A DNA stretch of 64,000 nt from an uncultured Acidobacteriota bacterium (GTDB taxonomy: Bacteria; Acidobacteriota; UBA6911), in assembly GCA_963827655.1 (NCBI GenBank), contig CAWHCF010000010.1:32001-96000 (forward strand), in the 5' to 3' direction. How positions within the stretch are numbered: the stretch's first letter is position 1; each line of letters opens with the position of its first letter. Shown one piece after another: positions 49,221 to 58,583 of this stretch. A program made the translations under genes and the position numbers. The notes below the pieces were generated by a model that was given only the letters and a program-made list of their open reading frames with translations, did no database searches and had not been told where the DNA came from.

Positions 49221-50273
49221 ATGATGAATGCGCCTTTCACTTTTGAGCTTCCGCCGGGTCTCTGCGCCGGCGAACCGCCCGAGCAACGTGGAATTCCGCG
49301 CGATCAGATCAGGCTGCTGGTGGCTCATCGTGATTCCGATCAGGTTGAGCACTCGCGCTTGAACCGGCTCGATAACTTTCTGCGCCCGGGAGATCTGCTT
49401 GTGTTCAACAGCAGCCGAACCCTTCCGGCTTCGCTTCAAGGCTGCGCGGCTCCGGACGGACCTTGCATGGAAGCGCGTCTGGCCGAACACCTGCCGGACG
49501 ACGCCTGGCTGGCATTGCTTCTGTGCCGGAACGGCGATCCGGCCGGCTGCGGCCTGCAAGCCGGAATGAAAATCGGTTTCGGTATGGAATTGGAAGCCGT
49601 GGTCGAAGGACGCGATGATTTTATCCCGCGCCTGTGGAAACTGCGCTTTTCGAAATCGGGAACTGAGTTGATCGACCTGCTCTACCGTATCGGACGCCCG
49701 ATTCGCTACGAGCACGTCTCCGCCCCATGGAATCTGGATGCGTACCAGACGATTTTCGCCCGGGAGCCCGGCTCGGCTGAAATGCCCTCAGCGGCCCGGG
49801 GCTTTTCCTGGAGACTCCTGTTCGATTTGAAACGCCGCGGAATCGAAAGGACCTCCATAACGCTCCATGCCGGCCTCTCTGCTTATTCGGACGAACCCGA
49901 CGATTGGACGCATCCGGGCTCGGAAGAAGAATTTCTTGTTGGCGAGCTGGCGGCGCAAGAAATCCAGCGCACCCGGGCGGCCGGCGGGAGGATTGTGGCT
50001 GTCGGCACCACGGTGGTTCGCGCGCTGGAGTCGGCCGTCGACAGTGCAGGTGACCTCCGGCCGGGACATCGCTACACGCGGCTTCGAATCGATTCCAGGC
50101 ATGTTTTGCGTGTGGTGGACAGTCTGATAACCGGCTTTCATGAACCCAAGGCAAGTCATCTGGATTTGCTGACGGCGTTTCTGCCGGCCGAAAAGATTCA
50201 AAGGGTTTACCAGGAAGCCGTTCAAGCACGGTACCTCTGGCATGAATTCGGCGACCTGAACCTGATTCTGTAA
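49221..50273 (+). CDS. QueA-like S-adenosylmethionine:tRNA ribosyltransferase-isomerase family protein
   Basis: PGDLLVFN, YQTIFA, AVGTTVVRALES, FGDLNLIL; non-canonical GSAEMPSAARGF and TGFHEP motifs. Confidence 0.85.
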   Translation: MMNAPFTFELPPGLCAGEPPEQRGIPRDQIRLLVAHRDSDQVEHSRLNRLDNFLRPGDLLVFNSSRTLPASLQGCAAPDGPCMEARLAEHLPDDAWLALLLCRNGDPAGCGLQAGMKIGFGMELEAVVEGRDDFIPRLWKLRFSKSGTELIDLLYRIGRPIRYEHVSAPWNLDAYQTIFAREPGSAEMPSAARGFSWRLLFDLKRRGIERTSITLHAGLSAYSDEPDDWTHPGSEEEFLVGELAAQEIQRTRAAGGRIVAVGTTVVRALESAVDSAGDLRPGHRYTRLRIDSRHVLRVVDSLITGFHEPKASHLDLLTAFLPAEKIQRVYQEAVQARYLWHEFGDLNLIL

Positions 50274-50421
50274 CTTGACCGCCGCGAAGACGCGAAGAAA
50301 TCCTTCGCAATACCACGTTCTGAACCCTCGCGAGTAAACCCTTCTCTAATTCTCTGCGTACTGCGAGCTTGGGATTTTCAAGCGCCCCGTAGCAGGGCCC
50401 GGCTGCAACAGGGAGACCGCC

Positions 50422-51291
50422 ATGAAAAACACGATCTGGCCGATTCGCCCGCTGTATTGCGCATTTCTTTTCGCCATCCTGATCCCCATCGCCTCGCTCT
50501 ATCCCGGACCCGGAAGCCGCCAAAAGCAGGAAAGCGAAGGCGACCTCGACGCTTTCATGTCGAAGGTCCTCGAGCGGCGCGAAATAAACTGGGAACAGCT
50601 CCATGGCTATGTCTTCAACGAGCTGGAGACGCTTGAAATCAGGGGGGTCAAGCTCCCGCCCATGGCCAATTTTCGCAAGGAGTATGTCTGGATCGTCCGC
50701 GACGGCTATCTGGTTCGAAGCCCTGTTCGGGTCAATGGCGTCAAGGTTTCCAAGGAAGAGCAGGCAGCCTCGGAAGAGGACTGGATCCGCGAGCACAAGG
50801 ACAAACGCCACGATTCCCTCGACCGCGAAATCTTCCTGGGCTTCAAGTTCCACCCCGGAACTTACCTCTACGCCGGAAAACAGAATTTCGAAGGGCGAGA
50901 GGTGGTGGCGATCGAGCATTATCCGAGCAAGAAGGCCGACGACGGCAAGAAAGAGGAATTCGAACGAATGTTCGAAAAGACCATCCTGGTCACCATGCTG
51001 ATCGAGCCCAAGGAACATCAGCTCGTCCGGATCACGTTCGATAATGTGGGATTGGAATTTCTCCCCGTCAGATGGCTGGTCAGGCTGGAAGAGGTGAGGG
51101 CGTCCATGACGATGGACAAGCCGTTCGGGGAGGTGTGGCTTCCCAAAAAAATCGTGGCTGCGGGATCAGTGGACACCGCAGGCCCCAGCCTGTCGGTCAA
51201 GTACTCGCGTGAGTTTTACGACTACAACAAGACCGATGTAAGAGTGAAGCTCTTCTATGACCCACCCAGCCTGAAAGAGCCGAAACGATGA
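50422..51291 (+). CDS. Secreted hypothetical protein
   Basis: GGGAG RBS; signal peptide; beta-rich body (GEVWLPK); ATGA overlap with the Omp85 gene. Confidence 0.75.
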   Translation: MKNTIWPIRPLYCAFLFAILIPIASLYPGPGSRQKQESEGDLDAFMSKVLERREINWEQLHGYVFNELETLEIRGVKLPPMANFRKEYVWIVRDGYLVRSPVRVNGVKVSKEEQAASEEDWIREHKDKRHDSLDREIFLGFKFHPGTYLYAGKQNFEGREVVAIEHYPSKKADDGKKEEFERMFEKTILVTMLIEPKEHQLVRITFDNVGLEFLPVRWLVRLEEVRASMTMDKPFGEVWLPKKIVAAGSVDTAGPSLSVKYSREFYDYNKTDVRVKLFYDPPSLKEPKR

Positions 51292-52490
51292 GGCTGGCGC
51301 GGCCGTCCTTCTGGCTCGGGCTCCTGCTGCTCGCTGGTCCCGCCCTCTGCGGCGAAGCCATCATCGAAGTTCACTTTCACGGAAACTACTCCATCTCGGA
51401 TGAGGAGATGGCTCGGCTGGCCGGTGTTTCACCAGGAACGCCGGTGTCGGATACCTCGCCTGAGGAAATCAAGCAGCGCTTGCTTCGCACCCGGCGCTTC
51501 GAATGGGTCCAGGTGAACAAGCGGTATCGCTCGCTGTCCAACCCTGAGCAGGTCGTGCTGGTCATTATCGTGAAGGAAAAACCACCTCTCAGGACCAAGT
51601 TCATGTTCCTGCCGATCCTCACGGGAAGCGACGACTATGGCCTGACTTACGGAGGCAGAGTGACGGCCGTCAACCTGCTCGGCGCCCGTGAGCGGATCTC
51701 GTTTCCTGCAACCTGGGGAGGAATCAGGCGAGTGGCGGTCGAAAGTCAGTTCGACCTGGAAAACCCCGTTCTCAGCGTCGCATTCGCAGGCACCGGAATC
51801 TCCAGAAAGGAGAATCCTCACTTCAAGATCGGTGACTTGAGACGGGAGGTCTGGGGCGGCGCCGCCCGGAGATTCAAGCAAGTTCAAATCGACTTCAACA
51901 CCGGCTGGACCGGCGTCGATTTTGGTCTCCTGGATCAAGAATTTATCAGCTACGGGACCTCGGTTGTTCTCGATACCCGCCAGAATATGAACCTGCCTCG
52001 AAACGCCTTCTATACTGGATTTGGCTGGGAGAGAATGCGAATCCTGAACGGCGGTCCTCATTTCAATCGCTACAAGGTAGATCTGCGAGGTTACCGGGGA
52101 CTGTTCGGCCAGGCCGTCCTGGCCGGACAAATCGTCTACCATGTCTCCGACGGCAGGCTGCCGGATTACCAGCGGCCATTCCTTGGGGGTTCCGCCACTC
52201 TTCGCGGCGAAGAGCCGGGGAAATTCATCGGCGACAACATCGTCACCACGTCGGTCGAGCTCCGGCTCCCCCTGACTTCCAAGCTCGCCATCTATCATGC
52301 GGGAATGGACTTCTTCCTCGATTCGGGCGCAGTCTACAATCACGGGCAGTCGTTTGGCAGCGCCGATGTCAAACACGGGGCCGGCTTCGGGTTCTTCTTC
52401 CTCGTGGCCGGTTTCGGCATCAAGGTGGATTTCGCCCACAATCTACGCGATAACTTCCGCGTTCATTTCAGCACCGGCTTCCGCTTCTAG
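51288..52490 (+). CDS. Omp85/BamA-TamA family outer membrane protein with a single POTRA
   Basis: Signal peptide; POTRA (VHFHGNYSISDEE...VIIVKEKP); LGGSATLRG loop; FLDSG; terminal GFRF. Confidence 0.8.
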   Translation: MRLARPSFWLGLLLLAGPALCGEAIIEVHFHGNYSISDEEMARLAGVSPGTPVSDTSPEEIKQRLLRTRRFEWVQVNKRYRSLSNPEQVVLVIIVKEKPPLRTKFMFLPILTGSDDYGLTYGGRVTAVNLLGARERISFPATWGGIRRVAVESQFDLENPVLSVAFAGTGISRKENPHFKIGDLRREVWGGAARRFKQVQIDFNTGWTGVDFGLLDQEFISYGTSVVLDTRQNMNLPRNAFYTGFGWERMRILNGGPHFNRYKVDLRGYRGLFGQAVLAGQIVYHVSDGRLPDYQRPFLGGSATLRGEEPGKFIGDNIVTTSVELRLPLTSKLAIYHAGMDFFLDSGAVYNHGQSFGSADVKHGAGFGFFFLVAGFGIKVDFAHNLRDNFRVHFSTGFRF

Positions 52491-52709
52491 TCTTTCGGGG
52501 TTTGCTCACCGCCAAGTCGCCAAGACACGAAGGCCGGCGCCCGGTTTTGGCTTGCGCATCCGGGAGCCGGTCCATAACATAAACCAACATGGGATAACGG
52601 CTCAACAAATCAATGAGAGTCGAGATCGTACAGGCAAGAAAAGCGCAATTCATCCGCCGGACCGTGCCCGTTGTGCTCCTGTGCTGTGTCGTGATCCGAG
52701 GTCTGAGCC

Positions 52710-54395
52710 ATGAGGGAAAGGGTCTGGAGTCAGCAATCCCTGGCGCCCGCTGCCATGGCTGATTCTTCCCAGCCGAAGGTGCAGTTCACCGACCTGGCAG
52801 CAAAAGCCGGGCTGACTTCTCGCCACGTCACCGGTCACCTGGACAGCAAGGAGTACATTCTCGAAAGCACCGGGAGCGGCCTGGCATTGATCGATTACAA
52901 CAAGGACGGTTTCCTGGATATATTTCTGGTTAATGGCACTACACTCGCAGGTTTTCCTCCGGGGCAGGAACCTACCAACCATCTCTACCAGAATAACGGC
53001 GACGGGACCTTCAAAGATGTGACGCAAAAGGCGAACCTCGTTCGCACAGGGTGGGGACAGGGCGTTTGCTCCGGAGACTACGACAACGATGGAAATGACG
53101 ACCTGGTCGTCACTTACTACGGTCAAAACGTTCTTTACCGAAACACCGGCAAAGGCAGCTTTGCGGACGTAACTGAAAAGGCCGGGCTGCTTCACAAAGC
53201 CACGCGGTGGAACACAGGGTGCTCCTTTCTGGATTATGACAAGGACGGAAATCTGGACTTGTTTGTAGCAAACTACATAAACCTCGACCTCAAGAGATCG
53301 ATGTCCAAATCGAGCGAGAACTGCATATGGAAGGGGATCCCGGTATTTTGCGGACCGCAGGGGCTGCCGCCCGGAACCAATATGCTTTATCGCAACCGTG
53401 GCGACGGCACCTTCGTCGATGTTTCCGAGAAAAGCGGCATTACCATTCCCGGCAATTCTTATAGTTTTACGCCCCTGGTTTCAGACTACGACAATGACGG
53501 CTGGCCGGATATCTACGTTGCCTCCGACTCCACGGCCAACATTCTTTATCATAACGAGAGGAACGGTACCTTTACTGATATCGGACTAGTTTCCGGCACT
53601 GCTTACAATCGGGATGGCAAGGAGCAGGGAGGTATGGGAGTTTCGGCCGCCGATTACGACGGTGATGGTTTCTTCGACATCGTCAAAACCAACTTCGACG
53701 GCGACACCTCGACTCTCTACCACAACAACGGCGACGGGTCGTTCTTCGACGTCACTTTACCCGCCGGGCTCGGTCGCAATACGCACTTCGTCGGCTGGGG
53801 AACTGGCTTTTTCGATATCGACCATGACGGCTGGAAGGATATCTTCATGGTCAATGGTCACATTTATCCCGAGGTAGACCGTTACCGGCTGGAGCGAACT
53901 TACCGGCAGGATCGTCAGATCTTTTGGAATTCAAGGAAGGGAAAGTTCCTGGACATTTCTTCTCAGGCGGGACCTGCCATACTCGACCGCCGCAGCTCGA
54001 GGGGAGCGGCCCTGGGGGATCTGGACAACGATGGCAGTCTCGAAATCGTCATCAACAATATGAATGACCTGCCGAGCCTGCTCAAGAACCTGGGTGAAAA
54101 GGAGAACTGGATTCTTATCAAGACCGCAGGCAAGCAATCCAACCGAAACGGTATCGGAGCCCGAGTTGCCGTGATTACCGGAAAGCACCGGCAGATCGAC
54201 GAAGTCCGCAGCGGAGGGAGTTATCTCTCGCAAAGTGATCTGCGGCTGCATTTCGGCCTTGGACCAGCAGTGAAAGTCGATCGCGTCGAGGTCCTCTGGC
54301 CCAGCGGGAAGAAGGAGTTCTTTAAAGATTTGAAAGCGGGTCAAATCGCGATCCTGGAAGAAGGCAGGGGTAGTGAAATGACGAGCGACAAGTGA
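52710..54395 (+). CDS. CRTAC1-family FG-GAP protein with ASPIC/UnbV domain
   Basis: Repeated DYDNDG.DL motifs, NRNGIGARV, GGSYLSQSDLRLHFGLG. True start may be near 52614 with a frameshift. Confidence 0.92.
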   Translation: MRERVWSQQSLAPAAMADSSQPKVQFTDLAAKAGLTSRHVTGHLDSKEYILESTGSGLALIDYNKDGFLDIFLVNGTTLAGFPPGQEPTNHLYQNNGDGTFKDVTQKANLVRTGWGQGVCSGDYDNDGNDDLVVTYYGQNVLYRNTGKGSFADVTEKAGLLHKATRWNTGCSFLDYDKDGNLDLFVANYINLDLKRSMSKSSENCIWKGIPVFCGPQGLPPGTNMLYRNRGDGTFVDVSEKSGITIPGNSYSFTPLVSDYDNDGWPDIYVASDSTANILYHNERNGTFTDIGLVSGTAYNRDGKEQGGMGVSAADYDGDGFFDIVKTNFDGDTSTLYHNNGDGSFFDVTLPAGLGRNTHFVGWGTGFFDIDHDGWKDIFMVNGHIYPEVDRYRLERTYRQDRQIFWNSRKGKFLDISSQAGPAILDRRSSRGAALGDLDNDGSLEIVINNMNDLPSLLKNLGEKENWILIKTAGKQSNRNGIGARVAVITGKHRQIDEVRSGGSYLSQSDLRLHFGLGPAVKVDRVEVLWPSGKKEFFKDLKAGQIAILEEGRGSEMTSDK

Positions 54396-54424
54396 GCTCT
54401 ACTCGCGGTGGCGGCTTTCGGTTG

Positions 54425-55830
54425 ATGAAAACTCGATTCTGGAGTCTTGTCCTCTTATTGTTTCCTCTCTTGCGCGGCCCAGGCGGGTGATCGACAAGCG
54501 GAGGACTGGCTGGCTGAAGGGAAAAAGCTCATCGCGGAAAGACGTTTCGCCGACGCAGTCGTTGCCTTCAAGCATCTGAAGCAAGCGGCTCCTGAGGATC
54601 CCCGGGCTTACTTTTTTTCCGGCATCGCGCTGGCCGAAGCGGGCCAGCTGAGCGCCGCCGCAGCCGAGTTAAACGAAGCGGTTCGCCTCGATCCCGCTCA
54701 GCCCGAATATGCCCTGTCCCAGGCGAACGTGCTGGTACGACTGGGCCAGAAAGCTCTCGCCGTAAAGGCTCTGGCCGTATTCGAGAATGAAGGATATGCC
54801 AGCCGGCTCACGGCAGCCGGGCTCTGGCTTCTTGCCGATATTCACTATCGCCTGGGCAAAAACCAGGAATCGCTGAGAGCCCTTCAACTATTAGCCAGTC
54901 GCAATCCGGAAGATTCCCGCATCGATTTCCACCGCGGCCAGATCTACAAGATCATGGGAAACCTCGATCTTGCGCAGGAAGCTTTCGCAAAGAGTATCAA
55001 GAACTCGGCCGATAACCCCGCCGCGTATTTCGAGCTGGGCCGGATACTCGAGCAGCGCAACGATATGAACGCTGCCAAGAAAGCTCTACTGGAGGCAGTG
55101 AGACAGGATGGAGACGAATCCCGAATACCTTCATGGGCTGGGGGCCGTGTGTCTGGCGCTGGGCGAGGTTGACGAGGCCATCGGGTACCTGGAACGGGCA
55201 GAGCCCTCGGGTGCCGCCTTTCCCAAGATCTACTACGCCCTGGGGCAAGCGTACCAGCGGAAAGGGGATCGAAACAAAGCCGCGAAATACCTTGCCAAGG
55301 TCCAAGAAACGAACCTCGCTCAGCGGAAGAAGGAAGTCCGGGATCACGGAGAGCTGACACTGATCACCCTGGGAGAGAAGCAGCTCGAACAGGGGAATAC
55401 GGCTGAAGCGCGCGTCTTGTTCGAAGAGGTCCTCCAGGCAAATCCGGACAACTGGCATGCTCATGAATATCTGGCCCGGATGTTTCTTTCTTCCGGAGAC
55501 CGGCCGCGCGCGCATCAACACCTGCTCAAGATGGAACAGATCGATTCGCACTCAGTCGAGGGAAATTATTTGATGGCTCTTTATTGCTATCAGAACGAGG
55601 AGTTTGCACGAGCAGCCGCCTACGCCGAGCGCGCCCGATCGGTTCAGCCGGGAAATGCCGAGGTTCGCAATTTGCTGGGGAACATTTACCTCAGGCTGGC
55701 ACAACCGGAAAAAGCCCTGGAAGAATATCGAGCTGCGGTGCGGCTGGCTCCGGCTCGTTCGGATTTCCGGGCGAATCTGGAGAACGCTGAGAAGCCAAAA
55801 GAGCCCCCAGCAACCAAACCGCAGAAGTAG
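54425..55830 (+). CDS. Tetratricopeptide repeat protein (frameshifts near 54465 and 55112)
   Basis: Multiple TPR units across ORFs 54447-55172 and 55108-55830; signal-like N-terminus from ATG 54425. Confidence 0.85.
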
Positions 55831-55997
55831 CGCGGCGATCGCTCGTGGGTGAGCCAGCAGATTTGCCGATTAGTCCAGCCAAGCCGGCCAGGAAAGAATG
55901 CTATTGAAACTTAAAGAATGCAATGCTCGTTGGACCACTGAGAGTCAGGAGGAAAAGTGGTTTCCCCGCCGAGGACTCTCAAGAACAAGGGCTCCAA

Positions 55998-56450
55998 ATG
56001 TCTCGAGTGACATCAGACCAGATTCGACAGCATGCCGCCGAAAAATACGTTGTGCCGGCTCGTAAGGCACGCTTGGAGGAGTTTGAGATCGTCGCCGGAG
56101 ATCTTCACCGCGATCTTCGGCTGCAGAACCGGGTTCCTAAGTCTGTGCCGCGCTCCGCTCCAAGAAGTTCCTGACTGAGAACAGTCTCGTTCTGTGGATC
56201 AGTCAGGGCCACCGTCGGAGATGAGCACGACAGTGAGATTTAAGTACAGGTTCCGACACCAGCCAGATCAAAAGGAATCTTCGGAAGCGCCACCCGACAA
56301 ATCGATCTATCACAAAATCCGTGAACTTTACGGTGTCGCGGAGGAGCTCTATCGCAGCCTCGGAGGAGGGAAGCGAGTCCTTGGTGAAGAGCGCGAGGGC
56401 TTCTTCGGTAACGCCACGGGGTCCGATTCTTCGAGCCGAGACCGGGATGA
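55998..56450 (+). pseudogene. Hypothetical antitoxin-like protein, frameshifted
   Basis: SDQIRQHA..KYVVPAR...IVAGDLHRDL.LQNRVP / VCAALRSKKFL / SGPPSEMSTTVRFKY across frames; followed by PIN-like start MSLIYWDS at 56447. Confidence 0.5.
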
Positions 56451-56500
56451 GTCTCATTTACTGGGATTCTGGTCCTGGTGGTATTTGTTTCCCACCTGAA

Positions 56501-58336
56501 CTATTTGATCGAGACATCGTCCACGTAGTACGTAACGGGCACGACCGGGTCATCGGCGCCTGCTAGATCTCCCCCGGAATAGCGGTCCGTTTTTCGGGTC
56601 GGCTCGGTGCGAAACTCGCCGGTGCGAAACGAGAGTCGTTCAACACTGGCCGCCGGTTCGGCAAATGCGGCCTGGCGGATGACCAGCTTCCCGTTGATCG
56701 AGAGGTCATAATTACCTATCGCGTTGACCGAGATCTCGAAGCGATACCAGGAGCCGGCCTTGTAAAGGCCGGCCTCAGCACGGCTGTTTCCATCCAGCGC
56801 TCGCACGTGGCCGTCCTCACCGAAGGCGAGTCGTACCGGCCGGTGGCCCGCCTCGTCCAGAACTTCGATTTCCAGGCGGCCGCGGTCTGACTGCCGCGCG
56901 AAGACTCTGAATGCAAGACGCACTGTTTTCGCCTCGGCAAACACTCGCACGGCCTTGGCGTAGTCATAAGGGTCCCGATCCTCGAGCTGAAGACTCTTGT
57001 TAGCGGCGCTGGGAAAGGCGACGACGGCGGTTCGTGCCCAGCGTGGGTGATGGATGTTCCAGTCCGGAATCCGGCCGCCCACGTCGAGCTTGTCGAACGA
57101 ATCTTCCACCGGGCCTTCGATCTTATGCCGGATCGGCACGGGGATGCGGCTCACCCAAATGTCCTCCTTGTTGCTGCTATAGGTCAGCCACAAGTCGTTG
57201 CCGGGGGGATCGCCATTACCCTCGGATATGCCGCGCACATATTGCAATCCGAAGTCCTTGGCTCGCCCGAAGAAGCGGCGGGGCGCAACGTCGCCGTTGA
57301 CGAGCAGCATGTTCTCGAACACGATGCCGTCGTTGCCGGTCGCCACGGCAAGCGGCCAGCGATGCGAGCCGAAGTCGGCTGGATTGTAAACGATGGCATA
57401 ACGGCCATCGTCGGTCCGCTGCCCCCAGGTCTTTGCCCCATCGGTGACGATGCTCGGCACGCGGACGGGAGTGCTCCAGGATTTGCCTTCGTCCGCGGAG
57501 AGCGCGGCCCATGATGCCTTAAACAGGGCGACCGCCATCCCGTCCTTGCGATGATAGACGGACGGCGCCTGACGCACCTGGCCGGGGACGGTGTAGAAAC
57601 CATCGGTGCTGCGATCCTCTTCATGCCATTGCATCGTCTTCAGCTTGTCGGCGAGCAACGCATTACAGGCATCGAGAAAACCCTTGTCGTTCGAGCGCGT
57701 GTAGAACGGAAACGTGGGCGTGTTGCTCTCGTTTCGATCGGCAAGACTGTTGTAGCGCAGAAAATAGATCGGCCCGTAAGAACCGTCTTTGTTCGCTTCC
57801 CGCACCACACGTCCGATGCCCGTGGCGCCCCATGGGGTCGGCGCATGACCATAAAAGGCGAGGACCAGGAGCCTCCCGTTGGGAGCGACATAGAAGCCCA
57901 TGCGCTGATGCATCATCGCCATGCCCGATTCGTTGCCCGAAATGGGCCCCGGCCGCAGAAGATAAATGGGAAATACCTGTTTGGGCATGTCCCAATTGCG
58001 CCCGTCGCTGGAGGTGGCGACGAGGGTCTGGCCAGGCGGAAGATGCTCCCCGAAAGGGTTGCTCAAGTATTGAAGGTAGAACTTATCGTGCCAGTACGCG
58101 AGCATCGGCGCGTGACTGTAGGTCCAGCCGTAGCCATCGGCCATTTCCGGATGAGTGCGATTGGCACGCATAACCTGGATGTTTTCGACGCCGACTGCCG
58201 GCCGGAGACGACCGTCATGGACGTCCAGGTCGATGGCGCCGGCCAACACGCGCACGGGCTCATCAGGACCGCCCGGCTGGGTGGAAAAAGTGGACGCCAG
58301 AATCGAGCAGAGCAAGACAAGGGTGGTGTTCTTCAT
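56501..58336 (-). CDS. Secreted sialidase-fold glycoside hydrolase, GH143 (BT1020 N-terminal)-like
   Basis: PAVGVENIQVMRANR, GWTYSHAPMLAYW, MHQRMGFY, GIGRVVRE, Asp-boxes SSDGRNW and SADEGKSW, QYVRGI. Confidence 0.75.
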   Translation of the reverse strand: MKNTTLVLLCSILASTFSTQPGGPDEPVRVLAGAIDLDVHDGRLRPAVGVENIQVMRANRTHPEMADGYGWTYSHAPMLAYWHDKFYLQYLSNPFGEHLPPGQTLVATSSDGRNWDMPKQVFPIYLLRPGPISGNESGMAMMHQRMGFYVAPNGRLLVLAFYGHAPTPWGATGIGRVVREANKDGSYGPIYFLRYNSLADRNESNTPTFPFYTRSNDKGFLDACNALLADKLKTMQWHEEDRSTDGFYTVPGQVRQAPSVYHRKDGMAVALFKASWAALSADEGKSWSTPVRVPSIVTDGAKTWGQRTDDGRYAIVYNPADFGSHRWPLAVATGNDGIVFENMLLVNGDVAPRRFFGRAKDFGLQYVRGISEGNGDPPGNDLWLTYSSNKEDIWVSRIPVPIRHKIEGPVEDSFDKLDVGGRIPDWNIHHPRWARTAVVAFPSAANKSLQLEDRDPYDYAKAVRVFAEAKTVRLAFRVFARQSDRGRLEIEVLDEAGHRPVRLAFGEDGHVRALDGNSRAEAGLYKAGSWYRFEISVNAIGNYDLSINGKLVIRQAAFAEPAASVERLSFRTGEFRTEPTRKTDRYSGGDLAGADDPVVPVTYYVDDVSIK

Positions 58337-58583
58337 ACGGTCGATTTCCGCAAGTCCTCTTCGTTAGGTGACACGCGTTCGAACGGCCAATGACCATGGG
58401 CTGCGATTCGTCCTGAACCACACATGCTGGCAGGCTGCGAGGACGAGCCCCAGCCGACGAGTCAAGATCATACGCCAGCGAGGAGGTTCAACGAAATACA
58501 GAAGGCAAACCTGCCACTGACAAGAAGCGCGCTTTCGAGATTACGCCACGATTCCGCGTCAAACAACGACTTCAGCCGCCGGT

